Below are positions 38,602-52,159 of a stretch of DNA of 64,000 bases, one piece after another. A model generated the notes under the pieces. The model ran no database searches, was not told the origin of the DNA, and worked only from the letters and a program-made list of their open reading frames with translations. A program made the position numbers and the translations under genes. Position 1 is the stretch's first letter, and the number at the start of each line of letters is the position of its first letter. Source of the DNA: Octopus sinensis (Eukaryota); the NCBI RefSeq assembly GCF_006345805.1, contig NC_043000.1, positions 116,560,001 through 116,624,000 on the forward strand. The letters are read 5' to 3'.

Positions 38602-38835
38602 CAGTAATCCTTCGTCTATCAAGGGTGTTTCAAATCCACCCCACGATTGGTGAATATCCGTGAAATAGAAACAGTATTGTCGTGTATATATATTTTTCAT
38701 TATTTCTATAATTTTTATATATTTATTTTATTATAACTGCGAAAGAATACCACAGTGAAATTGACGTAAGCTTCAATAATAAACCGCGATAAGTGAATCG
38801 CTATTGATGAATTGCGATATGGCGAGGAATTGTTG
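38602..38835. mobile_element. Tigger/pogo-type MITE
   Basis: TA|CAGTAATCCTTCG...GCGATATGGCGAGGAATTGTTG|TA. Confidence 0.7.
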
Positions 38836-38931
38836 TATATTGTGTGTGACTGTGAATGTGTGTGGATGTGTATGCATCTATGTGCGTGTTAATGTGTGTT
38901 TATGTATGTGTATGTAAATATGTATATATTC

Positions 38932-38974
<43 letters not shown>

Positions 38975-39169
38975 CATGTGAGTGTGTATATATGTATGCA
39001 TTTATCTATACACAACACACACACATGGACAGATATAGGTTTTTGTGAATATACACACGTATGTGTTTGTATGAGTGTATATATGTGTGTTTCTGTGCAT
39101 GTGTGTGTCTGCGTATGTGTGTGCATGTGTGTATATGCGGGCATGTGCGTCTATACGCGTGCATCTTTT

Positions 39170-39201
<32 letters not shown>

Positions 39202-39909
39202 TGTATGTATGTATGTATGTATGAATGTTTGTTTGTCAAGGGATATGTATGTTTATCTGCGTACGGCAATACACGATATATTATCGACCCCTTCTGTTAT
39301 ACATGCCACACCTAACTGTCTGTCGCCATCAGCCACGCTGTTACACAAGCAGTAACCGTCTTAACGTCAGAGCGTCTTACCCTATCACTTAACAATGCTA
39401 AAAATAGCAGCCAGAATACTCTTTCGAGCACATCGCCTTCTTTCAAAGTGTAATCGGATAATGCTGGTACTAATGAGCGTGCAATAAAATGTAAACGGAT
39501 CGAGTAGTTTGTGATTTCAAATTCCGCGCGGTCTCTAAGTTGCCTTTCATCTTTTCCGGGTCGTTACAATAGGTTACCAGTTGAACACTGGGATCGTTTT
39601 AATCGACTTACCCCTCCCGCAAAATTGCTGGCATTGTGCTAAAATCTGAAACCAATACGGGCCCAATTAGAGATCGTTAAGGAAATTTTCCGCTTTTTGT
39701 TATGTAGTGACTTCAAATCCCAACGCTAGCAACCTTGTACTTTAATGCTGTAGTGAAGTACTGTGATTGATAAGCAGTGATATAAACTGAGTTTGCCGCC
39801 CATCTGTAGTCTCCATACATGCTTATACAGTAGACGCCATCCTCCCCACAACTAGCTTCTGCGACGGTGCTACTCAAATTTCTGGTCTTGCGCTTATGCT
39901 AGAAACACC

Positions 39910-40037
39910 ATTGTTTGAGTTCAAATTCGGCCGAGGCAAACTTTGCCTGTCATCCCTTCATGGTCGGGGGTCGATGTAATCGACTATCCACATCCCTCAA
40001 ATTTCAGGTCTTGTGCCTATAGTAGACAGGATTATTA

Positions 40038-40088
<51 letters not shown>

Positions 40089-40516
40089 TATTATTGTTAT
40101 CATCATTATCATCATCATCATCATTAATCTTAATTTTATTACTATTATTATTATTATTATTATTATTATTGTTATCATCATCATTATCATCATCATCATC
40201 ATTATTCTTAATTTTTTTATTATTATTATTATTATCATCATCATCATATTCTTAATTTTATTATTATTATTATCATCATCTCAATATTTTAATTTTTATT
40301 ATTTATTATTATATATATATTATTATTATTATATTATTTATTATTCATCATCATAATCATCATTATCTAATTTTAATTATATTATTAATTATTATTTAAT
40401 TATTATCATTATTATTATTATTAGTATTATTATCATCATCATATTCTTAATTTTATTATATTATTATATTATTATATTATTATTATTATATTATTATTAT
40501 TATATTATTATTATTA
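39910..40516 (+). repeat. SINE-B 3' part (39910-40030) followed by its expanded (ATT/ATC)n tail
   Basis: GTCTTGTGCCTATAGTAGACAGG runs directly into ATTATTATT. Confidence 0.85.
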
Positions 40517-43190
40517 TATGTTTGACTTCTGCTTCATATTTGTACATGTTGGCTCCAAGTCTCACCCGGAGACCTCAAGAGACAACAGGTTGGAAGTTCA
40601 CGTTGTTGTTATGCTTAGTGTGCCATATATTTGGTTGTATTTTGTGTTGTACTAGTGGATGTCAAAAAAAATGTTTGTTTTAAACCTTGAGATTACATAG
40701 AAAGTATTTTGCGTAGGATATGAGCAGTTCCCATGAGCACTATCTTTTGAATTTCTGCCAGTTTTGGGTTTCCTGGTATCTGAGATAGGCAGCAATCAGC
40801 TCCTTTTGCTATCATTCCCAGGGCACCTCTGACAACAGGTATTGTTTTAGTCTTCAGGTTCCACATTTTGCTGATTTCTATTTCAAAATCTTTATATTTG
40901 CTCTGTTTTTGGTAGGTCTTGACAGATACGTTTATATCGATCGGGACAGTCATATCAATGAGGAGGCATGTTCTTTGTTTGAAGTCTTTCAATATGATGT
41001 CTGGCCTATTTGCATCTATCTTTCTGTCAGTTTGAATGGTGAAGTTCCAGAGGAGTGAGATGTGGTCATTTTCAAGCACTGGAGGTGGTTTGTGTTCCTA
41101 CCAGTTTTTTTCATGGGGCAAATCCAGGTTTTTGCAGATTACCCAGTGAATATATTGTGCAGCTCTTTCATGCCTGTTGAGATACTCTGTAGGCGCTAGA
41201 AGACTGCACTTGGAGACCACATGATCAATGGTTTCATTTTGTTGGTGGCATACACGACACGTTGGGCTACTGCCGATCTTTAATATGTTGGCCTGGTAGT
41301 TTCTTGTTGGTAAGCATTGATCTTGAGCTGCTATGATAAACCCCTCTGTTTCAGATTTTAAGCCAGAGGTCATTAGCCATTGATGGGCCAGGGCTTTGTC
41401 AACATCTGCATTATTCGCTCTCTTTGGGTATTTGCCATAGAGAGGTTTTTCTTGCCATTTATCATTCAGAATATCTAAGGCCGCAGATTTAGCATGGATT
41501 TTCATGCGCCTAGCTTTTTCTGTGCCTGTTTCTTGTATGTCTATCTCTAATTCCGAAATTTGTTGTATTCGGAATTCACTTAGATATTCCTTTGCCTGTT
41601 TTGTTACTGAGTATGATGCTTTCTTGTTTTCATGTTTTCAGACAAGTTTTAACATCCAGTCCTCATAGTTTTTCAGGTAGGTGTCTAGGCCAATTGTAGC
41701 AATCTTCATTGTTATTGCCAGTTGTAAAAGTCTGCGGTCTCCCTGTTTTCTTGGCAGATAAAGTCGTTCTGTATCTGCCTTAGGGTGGTGCATTCTATGC
41801 ATTGTCAACAGTTTTCGTATTTTTCTGTCAAGATTACATTATTTCAGTAATTGACCAGTTAATGATATTGAAACTGTAAGTCACGACTGGTATGGCTAAT
41901 GCATTGATCGCTTCGATACTGTTTCTCGCATTCAGCTCTGTCTTGAGTATTGCTCTTACTCTGCGATAACATTCTCTCCTGATCCTTTCCTTCATCTCTG
42001 AATGCCTTATTCCGTCTCCTTCAATTACCCCTAGTTACTTGTAGTTCTCCGCTGGGTCTAATTCTTTTATGACATTCTGCTGGTCAAGGTTAACGTTAGA
42101 TGTTTCTGTAATTTTTCCTTTGATAAAGGTAGCTTTTGCACACTTATCGAGGCCAAATTGCATTCTGATGTCATCACTGAATTGTTTGACAATCGCTAGT
42201 AAGCCCTTGAGTTGTTGGTCATTTTTTGCAAAGAGCTTTAAATCATCCATGTAAATGAGATGATTTATATTTTTATCAAACATTTTATATCCGTACTGCG
42301 CGTCATTGAGCAGTTTTGAGAGAGGTATTAAGGCTAAACAGAAGAGGAGTGGTGATAGTGAGTCACCCTGGAAAATGCCACATGAAATTTTTACATCACC
42401 AGCATTTAGAGATTCATTGTCACTGTTCAAAGTTAGTGTGGTTCTCCATGATCTCATACTTACAGACAAGAAGTTTCGCAGAGTAGGTGCTATCTTATAC
42501 ATTTCTAGGCATTTCTTAATCCAGCTATGTGGTAGGCTATCAAAAGCCTTTTTATAGTCTATCCAGGCTATTGATAAGTTTTTGTGTCGTTTGTGACAAT
42601 CTTCTAAGATCATCTTATTGATGAGTAGTTGATCTTTACAACCGTAGGATCCACGTTTACACCCTTTCTGTTCATTAGGGAATATGCTGCTATCTGTCAA
42701 AAAACTATAGGTATATTCCGTCAGGACAGATGTTAGTGTTTTGTACATAGTTGTTAAGCAGGTTATGGGTCTATAGTTTTTTGGTTCATTTGTTTCTTCA
42801 CTTTTTGGAAGCAGGAATGTTAACCCATTAACTAGCCAAGGAGGCATCCTACTAGAGTGTTGCAGAACATCATTGTAAAGTTCTGTTAGCAGTTCATGGT
42901 TCTCTGAGAAGACATTCAACCAGAAGTTAGGGATTTTATCCTTTCCTGGAGACTTCCATTTGCTTGACCTCTTGAGAGCAGATCTTATATCTTCTACCTT
43001 GACACCCTCCTACTTTTGCTCTTCTAAGGAGTCCTGTTCTTTAGATATTCTATCAATCCAGGGGGCCTTTTCGCTGTGTGTTTTTTCTTCTGCCAAAATT
43101 TTATTCCAAAATCCCTGCACTTCTTTTGATGGTACAGACTTTACAGTAACTGGTGTTTTTCCTATCTTCCTGTAAAAATTTTTTGGAGGA
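40517..43190 (-). mobile_element. 5'-truncated R4/Dong-type non-LTR retrotransposon (RT, CCHC knuckle, restriction-like endonuclease), disabled
   Basis: NYRPITCL, DYKKAFDS, GIFQGDSLSP, YMDD; CRVC..ETIDHVVSKC; RH; RPDI..LIDMTVP..K; stops at about 43015, 42035 and 41098 plus a frameshift near 41850; ~175-bp 3' UTR; (TAA)n on both sides. Confidence 0.93.
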
Positions 43191-43263
43191 TTATTTATTA
43201 TTATTATTATTCAGTAGTTTTATTTTTATAGCGTGCTTTCACTTCACTATTATTAATATTCAC

Positions 43264-43332
<69 letters not shown>

Positions 43333-43555
43333 TTATTATAAAGACGGCGAGCTGGCAGAAACGTTAGCACGCCGGGCGAAATGCTTAGCGGTATTTCGTC
43401 TGCCGCTACGTTCTGAGTTCAAATTCCGCCGAAAGCAACTTTGCCTTTCAATATATCAGTGTCTATAAATTAAGTACCAGTGAAAAACTAGGGTCGATCT
43501 TATCGATTAGTCTCCTCCCCGCAAATTTCAAGCGTTGTGCCAATAATAGAAGGGA
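43191..43555 (+). mobile_element. (TTA)n tract 43191-43340 followed by a young SINE-B
   Basis: GACGGCGAGCTGGCAGAAACGTTAGCACGCCGGGCG at 43343. Confidence 0.85.
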
Positions 43556-43920
43556 TTACTATTATTAAGAGATGTTGACTTGATGTCGATTTGCTTGCAG
43601 AAGTATTAATGCGTCTTCAAAAGTACGACTCACGTCACCACGCACGATTGGCTGTGTCTTCTTAAGATTGATTCTGCTTTTCTTTCGTCAAGAAACTTAA
43701 ATACATGTCAGATATTGGTATTCATATAATTGACTTCGTTCCCTCACTAAAGCTGACATTGTACTTGCGCTAAAACCAATAATTGAATTGTTTCTTAATG
43801 TTTGGATCAGTTATTCTTACTAGTAAATATTCATGATACATAGACGCGGGAGCTGCTGTGTGGTAAGTAGCTTACTTACCAACCACAGCCTTGTGAGTGG
43901 ATTTGGTAGACGGAAACTGA

Positions 43921-44341
43921 AAGAATAAAATCTATATTAGATTTTATCTGGTAGTCTGCATACAATCAACTGGCTAAGGTTAAATTAATCGATTTATGAA
44001 TCTATATTAAGGGCAAGCGAGTACGTATATAAGTGGCCAACATGCTAGAAAAACGACGCCAGTGTCCAAAATCTACGTTAAGATATCATAAAGTATAAAT
44101 ACGCGGCGTACTCGTGCAAATAAGCGAACATATTCATGAAACGGTTCAATTACGTATCAATTGATTACGAGATTAAGGGGTAGTTCTTCTATCATTAGTG
44201 TAATATAACCGAATCAATGGAAATAAATACGAACAAAATACATACCCATGAAACAGAACGGCACCGCAGTGCAAATATACCGCTCGTACTTATATATAGA
44301 TTTAAAAAATTCAAAAATCTGGTTTCCTTTATTCCGTCGTG
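43921..44341 (+). repeat. ~420-bp repeat X, left copy
   Basis: Near-identical (about 5 differences in the first 95 bp compared) to the reverse complement of 46820-47241; truncates a SINE-A at GGAAACTGAAAGAA. Confidence 0.9.
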
Positions 44342-44951
44342 TGTATATATATATATATAATAAATAAATGGAGTTGAACGCAGATGTTATTAAAATTCTT
44401 TTACTTTCGACATATGTTTCGAAGACAACATTGGTTTTATTCCAAAGGAATAAACGGTGTAAAATGCAATCTTCTCATCAGGAAAGAAAGAGAGCCTATC
44501 TCAACAACAAGACATTATAACAATTACGATGACTGCCTAAATGATAAACAGAACGTTATAAAATATTTTTAAAAAACCGTTAGTAGATTTGACGTCAAAG
44601 GCAGATACTAGAAAGAGAAGGGTTAAAGAAATAATAAGCAGAGAACAAATAAAGAGGGATACGTTGGTTGAAAAAATGTTCAAAGGCTTAGAAGTAGATT
44701 TCTCTCTCTCGATGGAATAAGTACTAGGCTTACAAAGAACAAGTCCTGGCGTCGACTTGTTTGACCAAAAGGCAGTACTCCAGTATGGCCGCAGTCAAAT
44801 GACTGAAACAAAAGAATAAAGGAATACTGTTCTGCCCTCACCACAAAAATATACATGAAAATATTTGGCTCCACCCAAATATATCAAAAGAAATATTTGT
44901 CTCCATCAAAATATATTACTTAAAAAGTTCTCTCTCACACAGATATATTCA

Positions 44952-45345
44952 TTTACTCTTTTACTTGTTTCAATCATTTGACTGCGGCCATGCTGGAGCA
45001 CCGCCTTTAGTCGAGCAAATCGACCCCAGGACTTATTCTTTGTAAGCCTAGTACTTATTCTACCGGTATCTTTTGCCGAACCGCTAAGTTACGGGGACGT
45101 AAAAACACCAGCATCAGTAGTTAAGCGATGTTGGGAGACAAACACACAAACACACAATCACATACACACACTCACATATATACACACACACACATATACA
45201 CATATACGACGGGCTTCTTTCAGTTTCCGTCTACCAAATCCACTCACAAGGCTTTGGTCGGCCCGAGGATACAGTAGAAGACACTTGTCCAAATTGCCAA
45301 GCCATTGGACTGAACCTGGAACCACTACTTACCACACAGCCAATC
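44952..45345 (-). mobile_element. SINE-A
   Basis: Near-consensus, small deletion in the head. Confidence 0.9.
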
Positions 45346-45930
45346 CAGCTGTTAAAGAAAATGTTTTACCCCAACCACGTAGAGTAATATTTTTAAAAAA
45401 TGTTTTTCTCTCCACCCAGATATATCTATGAAAAAATTTGGCTTCACCCAGATATATGCAATACCAAAATATTAGTGAAATTGTTTTGCCTCACATAAAT
45501 ATGTAAATGGAAATGTTTGACCCGACCCCATATAATTAAAAATTAATTAATTAAAAATATATAATTAAAAATGATTCTCCCATCGAAATTCATTAAAGCA
45601 AATATTTTGCTTCACCTATATATATCTACTGAAATGTTTTGCCCCCGCCCAGATATATCAGTGAAAATATTCTGATCCACAGAATATCCGAACGAAACTT
45701 TTATGCAACTCCCAAATACATTATTTGAAATGTTTTCTCTCACTTAATGATGCTTAACCCCGCCCAAATATATTAGAGAAACTGTTTAGCTACCTACACC
45801 CAAATATATTAGATAAAAGGTTTGAACCCACCCAGATATATTAATGAAAATATTTTGCCTCAATAAAATATGCGAATGAAATATCTGGGATCTCCAGTAT
45901 ATCAAGGAAAATGTCTTTATTTAATCAAAT

Positions 45931-46260
45931 ATGGTTCAATGGTTAGAGCGTCGGGCCCACAATCATGACGTAGTGTGTCCGATTAACCTACCAAGCTGTG
46001 TGTTGTGTTCTTGAAGCAAGATGCTTTATTTCACGTTGCGGCAGTTCACTCAGCTGTAGAAATGAATTGCGACGTCACAGGTGCCAAGCTGTATCGGCCT
46101 ATACTTTTCCTTTGGCTAACATCGGTGACGTAGAGAGGGGAGGTTGGTATGCATGGGCGATCGCTGGTCTGCCATAAACAACCTTAGCAGAACTTGTGCC
46201 TCGGAGGGGAACTTTCTAGGAGCAATCCGATGGTCAATCATGACTGAAGTGGGTCTTTAT
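45931..46260 (+). mobile_element. SINE-D with its own 3' module
   Basis: ATGGTTAGAGCGTCGGGC, CTTGAAGCAAG..CTTTATTTCACG..CACTCAGCTGTAGAAATG, then GGTGCCAAGCTGTATCGGCC...CATGACTGAAGTGGGTC. Confidence 0.7.
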
Positions 46261-46592
46261 CTCATTGCTTTATCCTACCCAAATATATTAGTGAAAATAT
46301 TTACCCTATCCAAACATATATATGAAAATGCTTTAAGGAATTAATCAATGGTCTTTCTCTGTGCTGATGATGGAAAAGTTTGGGAGATTCAAAACCATCT
46401 TCATTATATGAAACATGATGTAGGCGTGGCTGTATGTTGAGAATAAGAAGTTTGCCTACCAACCACATGTTTCCACGTTCAATCCCACTGCGTGAGAACT
46501 GGAGCTAGCTTTTTCCAATATAACCCCCGACCTACCAATGCCTGGAATTAGTAGATGGAAACTGAAAGAATCTCGTCGTGCACATATATATA

Positions 46593-47252
46593 TTTTAGAC
46601 ATTGGCGTCTTTTTCTAGCATGTTGGCAACTTGTATACGTACTCCCTTGCCATTAATATAAATTTATAAATTGATTAATTTAACCTTAACCGATTGATTC
46701 CATGCTAACTACCTGATAACATCTAATATAGAGTTTATCCTTAATTTTATAATATATCACAAATATATAATTTCACTGACACCAAAATTATTCACTGCTG
46801 AAACATTTCGTTATTAACACGAGGTCGAAATAAACGAAACCAGATTTTTGAATTTTTTAATCTATATATAAGTACGAGCGGTGTATTTGCACCGAGGTGC
46901 CGTTCTGTTTCATGGGTATGTATTTTGTTCGTATTTATTTCCATTGATTCGGTTATATTACACTAATGATAGAAGAACTACCCCTTAATCTCGAAATCAA
47001 TTGATACGTAATTGAACCGTTTCATGAATATGTTCGTTTATTTGCACGAGTACGCCGCGTATTTATACTTTATGATGATATCTTAACGTAGATTTTGGAC
47101 ACAGGCGTCGTTTTTCTAGCATGTTGGCCACTTATATACGTACTCGCTTGCCCTTAGTATAGATTTGTAAATCGATTAATTTAACCTTACCCAGTTGATT
47201 GTATGCAGACTACCTGATAAAATCTAATATAGATTTTATTCTTAATTTTAAA
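46593..47252 (-). repeat. Repeat X: diverged partial copy (46593-46750) followed by the full right copy (46815-47252), ~500-bp period
   Basis: Homologous ends GAGTTTATCCTTAATTTTA (46731) and GATTTTATTCTTAATTTTA (47232). Confidence 0.85.
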
Positions 47253-47254
47253 CT

Positions 47255-47699
47255 ATATATATGTGTGTGTATGTGTGTGTATATATATATATATATGTGT
47301 ATATATATGTATATATATATGTATATACGTATATATATGAATATATATATATATAGGTATGTAGAATATATGTATGTATATATGTATGTATATATGTATA
47401 TATGAATATATGTATGTATATATGTATGTATATATATATATATGTATGTATATGTAAATATATATGTATATATGTATGTATATATGTATATTTATATATA
47501 TGTATGTATATATAAATATATATGTATATGTATGTATGCATGTATATATGTATGTATGCATGTATATATGTATGTGTGCATATATATATATGTATGCATA
47601 TATATATGTATATATGTATGTATTGTGTGTATGTATATATATATATGTATATATATATATATGTATATATATGCATGTATGAATATATGTATGTATATG

Positions 47700-47730
<31 letters not shown>

Positions 47731-47846
47731 TATATATATGTATATATGCATGTATATGTATTATATATATATATATATGTATATATGCATGGTATATGTA
47801 TATATATAATATATAGTATATATGCATGTATATGTATATATATTAT

Positions 47847-47878
<32 letters not shown>

Positions 47879-48358
47879 ATGTATATATGCATGTATAGTA
47901 TATATATATATATATATGTATATATGCATGTATATGTATATATATATAATATGTATATATGCATGTATATGTATGTATATATATATATGTGTATATATGC
48001 ATGTATATGTATGTATATATATATATATGTATATATGCATGTATATGTATATATATATATATGTATATATGCATGTATATGTATGTATATATATATATGT
48101 GTGTATATATGCATGTATATGTAGGTATATATATATATGTATATATGCATGTATATGTATGTATATATATATGTATATATGCATGTATATGTATGTATAT
48201 ATATATATGTATATATGCATGTATATGTATGTATACATATATATATGTATATATGCATGTATATGTGTATATATATATATATGTATATATGCATGTATAT
48301 GTATGTATATATATATATGTATATATGCATGTATATGTATATATATATATATATATAT
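47255..48358. repeat. ~1.1-kb (TA)-derived tract with higher-order unit GTATATATGCATGTATATGT(AT)n
   Basis: GCATGT punctuation recurs every ~24-36 bp from about 47745 to 48330. Confidence 0.9.
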
Positions 48359-48360
48359 AG

Positions 48361-48397
48361 ATTGGGTTGGTGCATAATTACAGCGCCTTTTTTGCAC
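48361..48397 (+). mobile_element. Hsmar1/MADE1-like mariner TIR fragment
   Basis: ATTGGGTTGGTGCATAATTACAGCGCCTTTTTTGC resembles TTAGGTTGGTGCAAAAGTAATTGCGGTTTTTGC. Confidence 0.55.
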
Positions 48398-48714
48398 CAA
48401 AAGCAATAACATTCGTTATTTTTTTCTCTTTACCTGCGTGAGTTGTTGAGTAGTGCTGCCTTGGAGATTTTCTTATGATAGTGAAATAGTTAGTTTCTAA
48501 TTGCTATTTCTAAATTTCGGTATGTGGTGAAGCAAACTTTTGCTGAACCCTAATTATAATTATACTCATAATTATAGAATTTTTGTATAAGTTTACCGAT
48601 CATGGTTCTTTTAACACCCCGAACTACTTGGTAAAATTATTAATTACTAATTAATTAATTAATTTTACCATTTATTATATATATATTTATTTATATATAT
48701 ATATATATATATAC

Positions 48715-48800
48715 ATGATATTTTGAATTCAGTTCACGGACCTGCAGTACTACCTTTGCGGACCAACAGGGATCTGCGGACCCCAGCTTAGGAACCACTG
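48715..48800 (-). mobile_element. hAT/Charlie MITE end
   Basis: Minus strand CAGTGGTTCCTAAGCTGGGGTCCGCAGATCCC. Confidence 0.55.
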
Positions 48801-49458
48801 ATATTGAGGCACGGAAGGGCAGCAAGTAAGCTAGAGTGTCGGACAAGAGTGCTTTGCGGCATTTATCTCGGCTCTTTATTCTGCATGTTCGAATTATAAC
48901 AATGCCAGCCTTGCTTTCCATCCTTTCGGGGTCGACAAGATAAAGTAGCAGTCAAGTACTGGGATCGATGTAAATGAAATAAAACCCACGTCCGAAAAAT
49001 TTCTAGGTCTGTATTTCAAAATTTGAAACCTTTAAGGCGGTGAGCTGACAGAATTGTAAGCCGGTCAGACCAAATACTTTGAGACATTTTCTTCCAGGTT
49101 TACGTTGAGTTCATATTCCACCAAGGTCGACTTTGTCATTCATCCTCTCGTGATCGATAAAATAAGTAGCAGAAAAGCACTGGAGTCGATATAATCTAGC
49201 ACACCCCCTGTAATTGCTGGCCTTCTACCAAAGTTTTAAAACATTATAATTATTAGTGTTGTTCTTGTTGCTGTTGTTACTCCGCCCGTCTTCATCCTTT
49301 GCTATTGCTGTTGCAGCAGCAGCTCTATTATTATTATTATTATTATTATTATTGTTATTATTATTGTTGTTGTTGTTCTTATTATCATTATTATTATTAT
49401 TAAAATTATTATTAATAGTTGTAGTAGTACTAGAAGTAGTACTAGAAGTAGTAGCAGT

Positions 49459-49512
<54 letters not shown>

Positions 49513-49525
49513 TGTTGTTGTTGTT

Positions 49526-49559
<34 letters not shown>

Positions 49560-50490
49560 CAGTCGAGTAGCGGCAGCTGTTGTAATCGACGATTACCTTC
49601 GTGATATCTTTGATGTTTACGTTAGATCTTCAGATGAGCTATAAAATGTTAAATTTCATGACGGGCAGCTCTGCGTGTTTACCAGGCAGCAGAAGCAGTT
49701 CCCACTTTTTACAAGTATACCTTAGCTACAACAGCAGCAGCTAAAGTAATGTCTTCACCTTCACAGCTGTAGCCCCACCCCAACACACACACACACATAC
49801 ATACATACATACATACATACATACATACATACATACATACATACATACATACATACATACATACATACATACATACATACATACCGCGCACTCAACGCGA
49901 ATGCACACAAACCATTCATAGTAAGACGAGCATATCAAATATGTTAAATTCGAGTTGTTTATTATCCTTCTCCTCTTTTCCTTTGTATAGCCACACCTGG
50001 AATATTGTTGATTGCTATGGCTTCATCATACTACACAGACTGTTTTAAAGAATTTAGATATATCCCAGAGCACATTGACCGAAAACAATAGAATGATATG
50101 TTAGGCCTTGATCACTAGTAAAACCGCAAAGTCTCAAACTCTGTCCCTCTAACCTCACGAAGAGCGCAACACCATCTGCTTTAACAGCATTGCTCAAGTG
50201 ATTTCAATATCAAGTTAAAAAGTGGTTCAAGGCTGGGTCACTGCGCCCTGTGCTCAGATCAGATTCACAATATATAAACACATTACTTAGGCTTAGATTC
50301 AGGTGTTGCTGTGTTGAGCGACGTATGCAGCAGTTAAAATACTGTAGCAGTATACATCATCAGCCCTCTTCACTGCATCGTTCCATCGTAAGTTCACCAG
50401 CTAAAAGTCTCTGTCGTTCGTTGCCGCTGATGATTCTACTTAAAGATGTGATCGGTAAATCTGTTCTTAAGGACACTTACTTTAAGCGTA

Positions 50491-50878
50491 AGGCGGTGAG
50501 CCCGCAGAAACGTTAGCACGCCGGGCGAAATGCCAACCGGTATTTCGTCTGCTGCTACGTTCTGAGTTCAAATTCCGCCGAGGTCGACTCTGCCTTTCAT
50601 CCTTTCGGGGTAGATTAAATAAGTACCAGTTACGCACTGTGGTCGGTCTAATCGACTTAATCCGTTTGTCTGTCCTTGTTTGTCTCCTCTGTGCTTAGCC
50701 CCTTGTAGGTAGTAAAGAAATAGGTATTTGGTCTGCCGTTACGTTCTGAGTTCAAATTCTGCCGAGGTAGATAAATTAAGTACCAGTTACGCACTGGAGT
50801 CGATGTAATCGACTTAATCCGTTTGTCTGTTCTTGTTTGTCTCCTCTATGTTTAGCCCCTTGATGGCAATAAAGAAAT
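50491..50878 (+). mobile_element. SINE-B concatemer (184-bp period) flanked by a ~19-bp target-site duplication
   Basis: TATTT(C/G)GTCT at 50541 and 50725; AAGGACACTTACTTTAAGC (50469-50487) versus AAGGATACTTACTTTAAGC (50879-50897). Confidence 0.9.
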
Positions 50879-51963
50879 AAGGATACTTACTTTAAGCATT
50901 TTACTCGGTGCGTTAACGATTTTGCCAGCTCGTCAGACAATTCAGTCGGTGCTTACAGATGGTGATGCGTACATGTATATTACCTATCAATAACATAAAC
51001 CCAGCAAATTTTAACTGAATGCTGGATAGAAGACTTCAGACATTTATCACTGAAATCCATGATATGTGAAACAATATTTTAAAGTTTAAGAAGGGGAGAA
51101 GATAGTCGGTGGATGCTTACAATAAATAGAAAAACATTTACTTTATAATTATGCAAGGCGCTTCAAATTAAAAATGATCGCTTGACTAGCAGTTTATTTT
51201 ATCAAACCCGAATTGATAAAAAACAGAGTTTAGAACAGGAGAATATGAAATCAGAACATAAATAGCCATAAACACTGCAAAAAATTTTGTCCGACACATA
51301 AACGATTTTGTCAATGCACGATATTTAATAATTTCTAATTTAAACACTAGGTTAGTCGTATTGAGGGGTGGGGGGGGGGCTAATCGATATCTTGTTCGGC
51401 ATTCTTTGTATCATATTTTATATTATCAGCTTCGCTGAATATAAAGCAAAGTTGCTATCCGTGGGAATTGAAATCTGAACGTAACGTGTCGGAAAAAATA
51501 CCGACTGCTTAAATTTTCCACCTGTCCAGCGCTCTAGTAAACAGGGAGAAAAAACTAATGCAAATAAATGCAAAATATTCACGTAGAGGATTCACTTGTT
51601 ACTGAAAGGCTGTATCATTATATGTATGAAATAATGTATACAATTTAGCTTTGAAATGAAGAGTTCTGCTTTTATACTTGTGTAAGATGCATTAAGAATG
51701 AAATCAAGAACATGGAAATGAATCGTGATTAAAAACAAATATGCGCAAGGAAAAAGTAAATTAAATATACGGAATTCATTACGCATTCAAACTAATTATA
51801 AAGAATATATTAAGAATGTAAAAACCGACGAAGGAGATTGCATCTGATAGCATCTACTTAGGTACAAACATTCGTGCGTATGTAAGTATGCACGTCTATG
51901 CATCTATATATATATATATATATATATATTTTTACACGTGTGCACACACATATATGCCTGTAT

Positions 51964-52029
<66 letters not shown>

Positions 52030-52057
52030 ATATGTATACATACACACACACATACAG

Positions 52058-52112
<55 letters not shown>

Positions 52113-52159
52113 GGAGTGGTAAATATATATATAAATATGTATATGATACCATTTTACTA

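Larger units (their letters stand above)
44850..46335. repeat. Degenerate ~31-33-bp minisatellite interrupted by two SINEs
   Basis: Unit approximates GAAAATATTTTGCCTCACCCAGATATATTAAT, roughly 20 or more diverged copies; SINE-A at 44952-45345, SINE-D at 45931-46260. Confidence 0.75.

Noticed and set aside
42069-43175. Plus-strand ORFs over the Dong element (and 60631-62571 over CR1 and old Dong)
   Set aside because: Antisense shadows of the minus-strand retrotransposon ORFs
44850-46335. CRISPR-like array
   Set aside because: Eukaryotic DNA; units are contiguous and diverged with no unique spacers and no cas genes
47199-48412. Many long YI/YV/HT/CV-rich ORFs (also at 14.7-15.2, 17.8-18.5, 38.9-39.3 and 56-57.5 kb)
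   Set aside because: Stop-free translations of (TA)n, (CA)n and (TACA)n microsatellites
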